A stretch of 32,000 bases of DNA from Candidatus Nanoarchaeia archaeon (GTDB taxonomy: Archaea; Nanobdellota; Nanobdellia; Woesearchaeales; JANQNC01). Position 1 is the stretch's first letter; each line of letters begins with the position of its first letter. Both the position numbers and the translations under genes were made by a program. The stretch is taken from positions 180,001-212,000 of the forward strand of contig JANQNC010000001.1 in the NCBI GenBank assembly GCA_028279745.1, written 5' to 3'. The notes beneath the pieces were generated by a model. The model saw nothing but the letters and a program-made list of their open reading frames with translations. It ran no database searches and had not been told where the DNA came from. This document shows positions 24,271 to 32,000 of this stretch, one piece after another.

Positions 24271-24618
24271 TTATCTTTTCTTCTTCTTTTTAGCTTTCTT
24301 TTTAGCTTTTTTCTTCACAGCTTTCTTTTTAGCTTTCTTTTTCACAGCCTTCTTCTTAACAGCTTTTTTCTTTTTTGAAGCTTTTTTCTTTTTTCCGCCT
24401 CTAGCCATCTTAGCACAAGCTATGTTTCCAGCCTTGTCTATGAAGTATAGCATACCAGATTCTCTTTTGATACCTGCTTTTACCAATACTTCTTGTTTTT
24501 TGCTAGTCTTAACTCCTTTTCGAGCCATCTTAACTCTAGCTGCGTTTCCTTTCTTGTCTACAAAATAAAGCCAGCCTTTCTCTCGCTTTATCTTACATTT
24601 TACTAATACTTTAGCCAT
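24271..24618 (-). CDS. small tandem-repeat protein with H1-like Lys/Ala-rich tail (candidate nucleic-acid-binding protein)
   Basis: Two 32-aa repeats, residues 4-35 and 44-75, with 22/32 identical: VLVKCKIKREKGWLYFVDKKGNAARVKMARKG and VLVKAGIKRESGMLYFIDKAGNIACAKMARGG. A 40-aa KKKA(V) tail follows. SD ggaggt upstream. Confidence 0.6.
   Translation of the reverse strand: MAKVLVKCKIKREKGWLYFVDKKGNAARVKMARKGVKTSKKQEVLVKAGIKRESGMLYFIDKAGNIACAKMARGGKKKKASKKKKAVKKKAVKKKAKKKAVKKKAKKKAKKKKKR
24274..24393 (-). repeat. coding low-complexity AAG/AAA/GCT tract (poly-Lys/Ala tail)
   Basis: The plus strand reads ctt/ttt/agc-type triplets, including the imperfectly duplicated unit cacagctttctttttagctttcttttt. 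It encodes KKKKASKKKKAVKKKAVKKKAKKKAVKKKAKKKAKKKKKR. Confidence 0.7.
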
Positions 24619-24639
24619 TTTTTTCGTACCTCCATTTTT

Positions 24640-26610
24640 CTAAAAAATTGGTGAAGAGAATAGTGTAACAAAAATCAAAGACACTATACTCATCAATTTG
24701 ATCAAGATATTCAGACTAGGTCCTGAAGTATCTTTAAAGGGATCACCTATCGTGTCCCCAATAACTGTAGCGGAATGAAGTTCCTTCCACTTTTTGTCCT
24801 TTTTTCCACCCTCAACAGCTTTCTTAGCATTATCCCAAGCACCGCCTGAATTGGATAACATTATCGCTAAAGCAATTCCAGTGACTAAGGATCCAACCAA
24901 TAGTCCCCCAACTGCTTCGGCCCCAAACAATATCCCAATAATAATTGGCGAAGTTATTGCCACTATGCCTGGAACGATCATCTCATACAATGCAGCATGA
25001 GTGCTAATCTCAATACATTTGTGATAGTCTGCTTCTGCTTTTCCCTGCAATAATCCTTTTATTGTGGAAAATTGTCTTCTTACTTCCTCAACCATCTTGA
25101 AAGCAGCACTGCTCACAGACTTAATTGTTAATGATGTGAAGAAGAACGGAAGCATACCTCCAATAATAACACCAAGCAAGATCCTAGGATCTGCAACGTT
25201 TATAGATTTCAGATTTGCAGCATTAACAAAAGATGAGAATAAAACTAAAGCTGTTAAAGCAGCCGAACCTATTGCAAAACCTTTACCCATCGCAGCAGTT
25301 GTATTTCCTACCGCATCAAGCTTATCAGTAACTTTCCTTACTTTTGCAGGGAGATGAGCCATCTCCGCAATTCCTCCTGCGTTATCAACAACAGGACCAT
25401 ACGCATCAATCGCTAATGAAATTCCCAAAGTTGAAAGCATAGCAACTGCAGCTATAGCAATACCAAATGTTCCCCCAAAGAAGTATGAGAAGAATATTGC
25501 TAAGCCCATAATAATCATGGAGTTCTTAGTGGAACGCATACCCACAACCAATCCTTGAAGGATAGTTGTTGCAACTCCAGTCTTTGCAGATTCTTTAATT
25601 GAGCTGACATACTTCTGCTTTTCAGAGGTGTATCTTTGAGTATTCAATCCAAGCAAGATTCCCGTTCCAAGACCTATAACTATGCTGTAAAAAATGTTTA
25701 TGTCGTTAAGCATAAATAATGAAATAAAGAATCCTGCCACCGCCACCAACACGCTTGAAAGAACCAAGCCTTTGTGGAATGCCTCTTCAGGATCTGTAAA
25801 TTCATCAACTCTAACAACAAACGAACCTATGATTGAAGCAACAATGCCTATTGCTGCCAATAATAGTGTAAAATTAACTGCAACAACCCCAATTGCAAAT
25901 AATCCAATTGCCATCGCAGCAAGAATGCTTCCAACATATGATTCAAACAAGTCGGCACCCATCCCTGCAACATCACCCACATTATCACCTACATTGTCTG
26001 CGATAACTGCAGGATTTCTAGGGTCATCTTCAGGAATGTTCTGTTCTACTTTACCAACTAAGTCAGCTCCAACATCTGCTGCTTTAGTGAAGATCCCTCC
26101 GCCAACTCTAGAGAATAAAGCTATTGATGAAGCTCCAAATCCAAACCCAAATATTATTTGCGGGTCATTGTATATGAAATATAGTACAGTAACTCCAAGC
26201 AAACCAACTGAAACACAAGTTAACGCAAGAACTTGTCCTGCGTTAAACGCTATCTTCAAAGCAGGATTCATACCCTGCTTAGCTGCTTGTGCTGTTCTAA
26301 CATTTGCTCTGGTCGCAATGTTCATCCCAACAATACCTGCAAGACCCGAACTAAATGCACCCGCAATAAATGATAATGCTGTGCCTGAATCTATAAAATA
26401 AAATAACGCACCAGCAACTATTAATGCGAATATAACTAAAAAAGTATACTCCTTCTTAAGAAATGTCAAAGAACCTTTATGTATCTTGTGGGCAATGTCT
26501 TTCATCTTATCATTGCCGTCATCTTTAGAAAGAATCTTTAGCGAGAGCAGTATTGCATACACAACCCCCAAAACGGTTGATCCTATCACCACCTGATTTA
26601 TCACTATCAA
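24640..26610 (-). CDS. hppA: membrane-bound pyrophosphatase (H+/Na+-translocating), K+-dependent subtype
   Basis: 656 aa, multi-TM. Motifs: [95 protein letters not shown]. Ala in GNTTAA is the K+-dependent signature. Confidence 0.95.
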   Translation of the reverse strand: MIVINQVVIGSTVLGVVYAILLSLKILSKDDGNDKMKDIAHKIHKGSLTFLKKEYTFLVIFALIVAGALFYFIDSGTALSFIAGAFSSGLAGIVGMNIATRANVRTAQAAKQGMNPALKIAFNAGQVLALTCVSVGLLGVTVLYFIYNDPQIIFGFGFGASSIALFSRVGGGIFTKAADVGADLVGKVEQNIPEDDPRNPAVIADNVGDNVGDVAGMGADLFESYVGSILAAMAIGLFAIGVVAVNFTLLLAAIGIVASIIGSFVVRVDEFTDPEEAFHKGLVLSSVLVAVAGFFISLFMLNDINIFYSIVIGLGTGILLGLNTQRYTSEKQKYVSSIKESAKTGVATTILQGLVVGMRSTKNSMIIMGLAIFFSYFFGGTFGIAIAAVAMLSTLGISLAIDAYGPVVDNAGGIAEMAHLPAKVRKVTDKLDAVGNTTAAMGKGFAIGSAALTALVLFSSFVNAANLKSINVADPRILLGVIIGGMLPFFFTSLTIKSVSSAAFKMVEEVRRQFSTIKGLLQGKAEADYHKCIEISTHAALYEMIVPGIVAITSPIIIGILFGAEAVGGLLVGSLVTGIALAIMLSNSGGAWDNAKKAVEGGKKDKKWKELHSATVIGDTIGDPFKDTSGPSLNILIKLMSIVSLIFVTLFSSPIF

Positions 26611-26702
26611 ACACCTCCCCCTTTTTCCCCAAAATATTTTTTTGGTTTAGACGATAAACGGAAGAGGTAGTATTTAAACTTAGTGTTTTTTATGCCCTTT
26701 TC

Positions 26703-26733
26703 ACCCTCGGAGACTGCCACCACTACCGAGGGT
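26703..26733. repeat. perfect 8-bp GC-rich inverted repeat with 15-nt spacer in a divergent intergenic region
   Basis: accctcgg (26703-26710) and ccgagggt (26726-26733). It lies between the hppA start (26610, minus) and the 26801 gene (plus). Confidence 0.6.
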
Positions 26734-26800
26734 AAAGCTAAAATAACGACAAATTTTTAAACTAAAACATGAATTTTACTATCTAAGGGGTGATTTTACA

Positions 26801-27292
26801 ATGGCAAAAAAAGAAAGCATATTACAAAAATATTGGAAAATAATCAAGGTGCCAGTTCTTATCTTTATAGGGTATAGCATATTGGCAAGCATAGTTGCAG
26901 CAATCTCATTTGAGACCTTCATGACATTTTTTGGAGGGTGGAGCGGGCTAATAATCACAGTGGTAGTTTTTGGCTTTATAGGATACACAACAGTAAAAGA
27001 ACACAAACAAGGAATTGGACAAGCAGCCGCGGCAGGTGCAATTGCAGGAGTGATTGCAGGGTTAGCGGGAGCGGTGCTTAGTATTCTAATGTCATTTATT
27101 GCACCGCACGTTATTGAACAAACCGTTCAGCAAATTGTTGCGCAAGGAGGAATGGCAAGAGAACAGGCAGAAAGCTTAGTTACCTTGTTGACTTATTTGG
27201 GACTCGTCATAGGACCAGTAAGACAAGCAATCATCGGAACAATACTTGCATTAATAGGTGGAGCATTAGGGCTAATTGGTAAGAAGAAATGA
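26801..27292 (+). CDS. Gly/Ala-rich integral membrane protein (about 4 TM)
   Basis: Hydrophobic segments rich in G/A/I (AAAAGAIAGVIAGLAGAVLSIL, IIGTILALIGGALGLIG). SD aaggggtga. No family recognised. Confidence 0.55.
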   Translation: MAKKESILQKYWKIIKVPVLIFIGYSILASIVAAISFETFMTFFGGWSGLIITVVVFGFIGYTTVKEHKQGIGQAAAAGAIAGVIAGLAGAVLSILMSFIAPHVIEQTVQQIVAQGGMAREQAESLVTLLTYLGLVIGPVRQAIIGTILALIGGALGLIGKKK

Positions 27293-27603
27293 GATTAGCA
27301 TATTTTTTTATTTTATTTTCTTTGATTTTTATAGTTGGATGTGAAGAAACAATAACCAGTAATACTACAGAGATTGATAATTTTACAGATGATGGGTTGC
27401 CAATCCCCAAAGAGTTCTGCGGATGGAACACTGGAGCAGAATGTGAAAAAGATTCAGAGTGCGTGGTGGGAGGTTGTTCAGGGCATGTTTGCGGTTCAAT
27501 AGGTGAGGAAATCATAACAACATGCGAGTACACAGAGTGCTACAATGCAGAAAGATATAATGTTAAGTGTGAATGTGTTGAAGGAATCTGTAGCTGGAAT
27601 TAA
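27289..27603 (+). CDS. Cys-rich lipoprotein-like small protein
   Basis: ATGA overlap with the upstream gene. Lipobox-like FIVGC after a hydrophobic signal. Ten further Cys in about 65 aa (CGWNTGAECEKDSECVVGGCSGHVCGS...CEYTECY..VKCECVEGIC). Confidence 0.55.
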   Translation: MRLAYFFILFSLIFIVGCEETITSNTTEIDNFTDDGLPIPKEFCGWNTGAECEKDSECVVGGCSGHVCGSIGEEIITTCEYTECYNAERYNVKCECVEGICSWN

Positions 27604-28232
27604 CTTTGATGATTATATCTCAATGATTTGAACCTTCTCTTAAGCCTGTTTTCAACTTGCGAACCAAACCTTAACCAGAACTGTAAAGGGTATACTCTTG
27701 CACCCATTCTTTTGTAATCTACGAAAACAGGACTGTAATCTCCGTTCTCATCTTTTTTTGCAACCACATTATTACCTCTCAAATCCATTATATGAATTCC
27801 TTGATCTAAACACATCTCTTCTAGCAAGTACATTCTACGCCAGAAACGACCATTTCTTATTACACTTAACTCTTTAAGACTTCTGGAAGGCTTGCCGTCA
27901 TAGTCTTTAACCAATTCACAAACAGACACACTGTTGTCCCCATACAGCTCAAGATGTAAAATACGCTGAAAATTCTCTCTGAATCCGTGAGGAATCTTAT
28001 TCATAAACTGATGATAGTTCTTGTATTCTATCTGATTAAGGTCTCCATCACCAAATTTCATACTATAATAAAGAGAAGCAAGAAAAGTATCCTTTTGAAA
28101 AAATTTACTGTGCCCATTTGAGGGTTTTAACACTTTAACTGCGTAATCTCCCACAGCATAAACAGATCTGTGGCCCCCTTCTCCAATTTTCTCCTCAGAG
28201 TCAATTTCCTTAATGTCAAATTCTAATTTCAT
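27600..28232 (-). CDS. YrbL-family protein-kinase-like protein
   Basis: EKIGEGGHRSVYAVGDYAVKVLK and IHIMDLRGNNVVAKKDENGDYSPVFVDYKRMG resemble PF10707. The ORF-track start 28337 overlaps polX. The internal ATG 28232 is 21 nt downstream of a TATA-like box. Confidence 0.5.
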   Translation of the reverse strand: MKLEFDIKEIDSEEKIGEGGHRSVYAVGDYAVKVLKPSNGHSKFFQKDTFLASLYYSMKFGDGDLNQIEYKNYHQFMNKIPHGFRENFQRILHLELYGDNSVSVCELVKDYDGKPSRSLKELSVIRNGRFWRRMYLLEEMCLDQGIHIMDLRGNNVVAKKDENGDYSPVFVDYKRMGARVYPLQFWLRFGSQVENRLKRRFKSLRYNHQS

Positions 28233-28304
28233 CTGAAAAAAAATTAACAACTTATTTAATAATCTTTCCAAAGCCGCAAAAGTTAAATACTCCCAAATTA
28301 AGAT

Positions 28305-29273
28305 TTGGATAAAGAGGTAAACAAGTTGAAAAATCAAGAAATTGCTGCAATATTCTTTGAAATGGCAGAAATTCTAGAGATGAAAAATGTACAATGGAAA
28401 CCGAGAGCATATAGACAGGCAGCAAGAGCCATAGAATCTTCCAAAGACATAGAAACGATATACAAAAAAGGAGGAGAAAAGTTACTAGAAGAGATTCCAG
28501 GTGTTGGAGAAGGGATAGGAACTAAGATAGTTGAGTACATAGAGACTGGAAAAATAAAAGAATATGAAAAATTACTGAAAACAATACCTTCTCACATCAA
28601 TGTTTTGTTAAAGATACCGAGTATGGGTCCAAAGAAAGTAAAGAAATTAAATGAAGAATTGAAGATATCAAATCTTGCTCAACTTGAGAGTGCAGCAAAG
28701 AAACACAAAATAGCTTCTTTACATGGGTTTGGTAAAAAGTCTGAAGAAGACATACTGGAAGGGCTATCTTTGATGAAAAGTTCTAGAGGAAAAATTGTTT
28801 TGAAAGAGGCAGAGAAAGTTGCCAAGGGAATAATTAATGAACTCAAGAAACTGAAAGAAATCAGGCAGATTAGTGTTGCAGGCTCAGTAAGAAGAAAAAA
28901 AGTGATGATAAGAGATATTGATGTCATAGTTTCTACTGTTAATCCTGAAAAAGTGATTGATGCATTTGTTCGGTTAAGAGATGTCAAGAAAGTGATGGCA
29001 AAAGGAAAAACAAAGGCGATGATTATACTGAAGTCAGGAATCCAAGTAGATTTAAGAGTGTTCAAACCAGAATCATGGGGAGCAGGTCTATTCTATTTTA
29101 CAGGAAGCAAGAACTACAATATTGAGATGAGAAAAACTGCAATAAATCTTGGATATAAGCTTAATGAGTATGGCGTTTTTGATAAGAAAACAAATAAACT
29201 TATTGCAGGAAAGACAGAAAAAGAAATTTGTCAAAAATTAGGCGTTAAGTATTTAAATCCAGAACAGAGATAA
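28305..29273 (+). CDS. polX: family X DNA polymerase, Pol-beta-like core only (no PHP domain)
   Basis: NQEIAAIFFEMAEILE, HhH IPGVGEGIGTKIVE and IPSMGPKKVKKL, palm SVAGSVRRKKVMIRDIDVIV, IQVDLRVF, FTGSKNYN. It ends ..KYLNPEQR, where PHP-containing PolX proteins continue. An in-frame TTG at 28326 may be the real start. Confidence 0.8.
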   Translation: MDKEVNKLKNQEIAAIFFEMAEILEMKNVQWKPRAYRQAARAIESSKDIETIYKKGGEKLLEEIPGVGEGIGTKIVEYIETGKIKEYEKLLKTIPSHINVLLKIPSMGPKKVKKLNEELKISNLAQLESAAKKHKIASLHGFGKKSEEDILEGLSLMKSSRGKIVLKEAEKVAKGIINELKKLKEIRQISVAGSVRRKKVMIRDIDVIVSTVNPEKVIDAFVRLRDVKKVMAKGKTKAMIILKSGIQVDLRVFKPESWGAGLFYFTGSKNYNIEMRKTAINLGYKLNEYGVFDKKTNKLIAGKTEKEICQKLGVKYLNPEQR

Positions 29274-29279
29274 AATAAA

Positions 29280-29759
29280 ATGGTAACAGTAAAAACATCA
29301 GTAAGAAAAGGACTAGGATTTGGGTTAACATCTGGAATAATCACCACACTAGGACTTATTGTAGGATTAAACTCCAGCACACACTCACGAAACGTAATTC
29401 TAGGAGGAATATTGGTCATAGCGATAGCAGATGCAATGTCTGATGCATTAGGGATACACGTAGCAGAAGAGGCAGAATTAAAACACTCAACAAAAACAAT
29501 CTGGGAATCAACAATTGCAACATTCCTATCAAAATTCATATTTGCACTAACATTTGTGATACCTGTGTTATTGCTGCCATTAAGCACAGCGATACTGGTG
29601 AGCGTAATATGGGGTTTGCTGCTAATATCTGTGTTCAGCTATTATATTGCAAGCAAACAAGATGCAAACCCATTCAAAGCAGTTTTTGAGCATTTGTTGA
29701 TAGCAGGCATTGTAATTATCGTGACAAACTACATTGGAAATTGGGCTGCACTGATCTAA
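29280..29759 (+). CDS. VIT1/CCC1-like small membrane protein
   Basis: GLGFGLTSGIITTLGLIVGL, AIADAMSDALGIHVAEE, and three further TM segments. Family call is tentative. Confidence 0.5.
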   Translation: MVTVKTSVRKGLGFGLTSGIITTLGLIVGLNSSTHSRNVILGGILVIAIADAMSDALGIHVAEEAELKHSTKTIWESTIATFLSKFIFALTFVIPVLLLPLSTAILVSVIWGLLLISVFSYYIASKQDANPFKAVFEHLLIAGIVIIVTNYIGNWAALI

Positions 29760-31594
29760 TCAGTTCTAGAAAGATATTTTTTTACTTTTTCAGCTAAAAT
29801 AGAGAGGGGCATGAAAGGTTTCTGAATAAAAGCTGACGCACCATCATCTAATATCTGTTTAACTTTATCGTCCATCTCATAACCACTTGTTACGATCACA
29901 TTCATATTAGGATCCGCTTCTTTAATATTATAGAAAAGCTCTTCTCCACCTCCATTAGGCATTATAAGATCAGTCACAACACCATCAATATCGCCTTCTT
30001 TAAACTTTTCAAATCCTTCACTTCCTCCTGAAGCTAACACAACATCATAACCCACCGTCTCAAGGTAATCTTTAGCCAGGTCTCTTATAAACTCTTCATC
30101 ATCAACAAAAAGGATTGTGCCTTTGCCTGATCTTGCTTCAACAACATTTTCTAGTTTAGGCTTTTCTCTTTCAACTGCAGGAAAATATATATCAAAAGTT
30201 GATCCCACACACATATAAGTAGTTACATCTATGTACCCCTTATGGTTTTCAACAATCCCCCAAACATTAGAAAGACCCAGTCCTGTGCCTTTCATGCTGT
30301 CCATATCTTTAGTGGTGAATAAAGGATCAAAAATCTTTTTTAGATTTGTGTCAGATATGCCCGTTCCACTATCAGCAATAGACAACATAACATATTCACC
30401 TTCAGGAATCTTATGATACTTTGTGACCATCGTTCTTCTAAGAGTCTTATCTTTAACATTCACCCATATCTTTCCTCCTTCAGGCATAGCATCTCTCGCG
30501 TTTATTGCAATGTTTTGAATAACCTGCAACATCTGGGTGCTATCAGCATAAATATTCTTGGTAGAATCAAGACTGCTCTCAATCTCATAGTTTACAGTGG
30601 ATGAAAAACCTTTTTTAGTTACGTCTATAGCTTCTTTAGTTATAGTATTCAAGTTTATGTTCTGAGGGTTATACTTTCCTTTTCTTGCAAAACCTAAAAT
30701 CTTCCCCACAAGATCTTTGGCCCTACCCACACTTTGAAGAATATTTCCTGCCTGCTTTTCACACGATTCGGCAGAGAATCCGGTTTTAGTCTTGCCCCAG
30801 ATCTGCATACGAATCAGATCTGCATAACCTGATATTGATGCTAACATGTTATTGAAATCATGAGCTATGCCCCCCGCCAAGTACCCTATAGATTCCATCT
30901 TTTGAGCTTGAATGATCTGCTCTTGAAGACTTGCATTCTCTTCTTCCCTATGCCTTCTATCAATTGCAAGAGCGATATTGTTAGCTAAGATCTCATCTAC
31001 CAATGCTACCTCGCTTTTGTTAAATGAATTATATTTCTTCTTTGAGATAAGCAAAGCACCGATCCTCTCCTTCTTATGATTAAACAAAGGAGAGAGAAGC
31101 ATCTCACCAAACAAGTTTCCTGACATATACTTTAACAGAGGCTTCAAGAATCTTGAAGGAACATCCTTTTCTTGTAAGATCAGGTCAGATAAAACCTCAT
31201 CTGTTATTCTTGTTGACCTGTCCAAACTGTAAAATATGTCCGCTGCTTTCTTATTCTCATTAAAATCAAACTTGACAGATTTCATCGCAGTCTTTATCAA
31301 GTTTGGCCAAGGTGTTGAAGCTGCCTTAACATATAAACAATTTTCATCTTTGTCTAATATTCCTATGTTAGAACCATACAGATTAAGTCCTTTTAGAATT
31401 ATTTCTGCAACATCATCTAAATTTGTTTCTGGAGTATTAAGTGCTATTGAGACATCACTAGCAATCTTAAAATAACCGACCTTGCTCTGAAGCGCTTCTA
31501 TCTCTAGATTGATCTTATCCCTATTCTGATCTATCAAGAATTTTTTTACATCTTCTGGAACGTCTTCACGCTTCAGTATGTCGTCTAGTTCCAT
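29756..31594 (-). CDS. hybrid sensor histidine kinase (GAF-like sensor, HisKA, HATPase_c, C-terminal receiver)
   Basis: H-box ESIGYLAGGIAHDFNNML. N-box NIAINARDAMPEGG. G-boxes DSGTGI and GTGLGLS. REC: ILFVDDEEF...VVTDLIMP...VTSGY...IQKPF. Confidence 0.9.
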   Translation of the reverse strand: MELDDILKREDVPEDVKKFLIDQNRDKINLEIEALQSKVGYFKIASDVSIALNTPETNLDDVAEIILKGLNLYGSNIGILDKDENCLYVKAASTPWPNLIKTAMKSVKFDFNENKKAADIFYSLDRSTRITDEVLSDLILQEKDVPSRFLKPLLKYMSGNLFGEMLLSPLFNHKKERIGALLISKKKYNSFNKSEVALVDEILANNIALAIDRRHREEENASLQEQIIQAQKMESIGYLAGGIAHDFNNMLASISGYADLIRMQIWGKTKTGFSAESCEKQAGNILQSVGRAKDLVGKILGFARKGKYNPQNINLNTITKEAIDVTKKGFSSTVNYEIESSLDSTKNIYADSTQMLQVIQNIAINARDAMPEGGKIWVNVKDKTLRRTMVTKYHKIPEGEYVMLSIADSGTGISDTNLKKIFDPLFTTKDMDSMKGTGLGLSNVWGIVENHKGYIDVTTYMCVGSTFDIYFPAVEREKPKLENVVEARSGKGTILFVDDEEFIRDLAKDYLETVGYDVVLASGGSEGFEKFKEGDIDGVVTDLIMPNGGGEELFYNIKEADPNMNVIVTSGYEMDDKVKQILDDGASAFIQKPFMPLSILAEKVKKYLSRTD

Positions 31595-31637
31595 GTCTGT
31601 TTACCCCCAAACTTGCATAGGTAGAATATTTGTTTCA

Positions 31638-31653
31638 TTTATAAATGTTTGCG
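31638..31653 (-). promoter_or_regulatory. BRE/TATA promoter of the hybrid histidine kinase
   Basis: The reverse complement reads cgcaaacaTTTATAAA, 44 nt upstream of ATG 31594. Confidence 0.45.
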
Positions 31654-31750
31654 TAGTTTCACTACTTTTTAGAAGTGATGATATAGAAGTAAAGAATGAT
31701 CAAATTAGGTTAAAAAAAAATGAAAATATAAAGAAAAAGAAAAGAAGAAA

Positions 31751-32000
31751 CTATTTCTTCTTAGGTTTCCTAGACTTGCCTTTGTACTTAGCGACAATCC
31801 TGTCAATGTCTGCTCCTCGTTGCAAGGAAGACGACAAGAATGCCAGCACCAAAAGTGCTAAACCAGTCATAACCATCCAGAACGCGAAGCTTCCAGACAA
31901 CTGATCCCACATTGATTGTGGTTCGGGTGTTTGTGGTTCGGGTTTTTCAAGCTGCTCAACAATATCTTCAGGAATTACTTCTGTAGGTTGTTGTATCGCT
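31751..32000 (-). CDS. C-terminal part of a membrane-anchored protein (5' end beyond the window)
   Basis: My translation: ..IVEQLEKPEPQTPEPQSMWDQLSGSFAFWMVMTGLALLVLAFLSSSLQRGADIDRIVAKYKGKSRKPKKK*. The frame stays open to the window edge. It has a TM segment plus a basic tail. Confidence 0.45.
   Translation of the reverse strand, partial: AIQQPTEVIPEDIVEQLEKPEPQTPEPQSMWDQLSGSFAFWMVMTGLALLVLAFLSSSLQRGADIDRIVAKYKGKSRKPKKK

Noticed and set aside
24257-24568. A plus-strand ORF, FFLAFFF..., together with apparent tandem DNA repeats at 24274-24393 that could be mistaken for a satellite or CRISPR-like array.
   Set aside because: It is the antisense of the poly-Lys/Ala tail. The repeats are irregular triplet low complexity with no repeat-spacer architecture.
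25694-26401. A 235-aa plus-strand ORF inside the pyrophosphatase gene. Similar long antisense ORFs occur at 12922-13500, 2555-2947, 11400-11849, 24794-25357 and 4280-4657.
   Set aside because: All lie antisense to confidently identified genes. Their low-complexity S/T/A/P-rich translations are typical of shadow ORFs generated by codon bias. None has independent start signals.
31660-31740. A C/D-box sRNA candidate (gtgatga at about 31675) in the gap after the histidine-kinase promoter.
   Set aside because: There is no matching D box (CUGA) or C'/D' arrangement and no terminal stem. It is probably just A-rich spacer.
1-32000. A search for tRNA/rRNA genes, CRISPR arrays, transposases, integrases, prophage or toxin-antitoxin hallmarks.
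   Set aside because: No T-loop/GTTCGAATC-like motifs and no regular repeat-spacer arrays were found. No DDE, tyrosine-recombinase or capsid-like ORFs were recognised. The window looks like core chromosome rather than a mobile island.

Overview
This is an AT-rich (about one-third G+C by eye), tightly packed chromosomal segment with about 45 protein genes. I could not recognise any rRNA, tRNA, CRISPR array, transposase or integrase. All calls are by-eye motif recognition; no HMM or BLAST search was possible.

The host is an archaeon. The evidence is a thermosome, ribosomal protein S3Ae, Bud32 kinase, an archaeal-type MetAP2, a bifunctional PGI/PMI, and BRE/TATA promoters ending 21-26 nt before many ATGs (leaderless mRNAs). 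Many proteins are small, lysine-rich or unassignable. Several functions look bacterial: an SLT+LysM murein hydrolase, a GH3 enzyme, a GGDEF protein, a hybrid histidine kinase and a TM2/DUF2752 pair. Together these suggest an uncultivated small-genome (DPANN-like) lineage, which is inference only.

Housekeeping genes recognised: map, hisS, rps3ae, bud32, PGI/PMI, aroB, thermosome, a K+-dependent-type membrane pyrophosphatase, Pol X, a YjbQ-family protein and a YjjX-type NTPase.

The most interesting region is 14.3-18.1 kb. It holds a complete GGDEF cyclase with GGEEF and an RxxD I-site, but with Asn at the guanine-reading Asp position. The cyclase sits head-to-head with a zinc-ribbon mini-protein. 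A GGDEF-like remnant and a coiled-coil / Met-Pro-rich three-gene operon follow on the same strand. No EAL, HD-GYP or PilZ partner is visible in the window.

Other leads:
- a tandem-repeat protein with an H1-like poly-Lys tail (candidate chromatin protein)
- a HAD-IIB homologue with degenerate catalytic motifs
- membrane-anchored peptidoglycan hydrolases in an archaeon
- leaderless micro-ORFs and hairpins in the 13.9-14.3 kb gap
- a PHP-less Pol X
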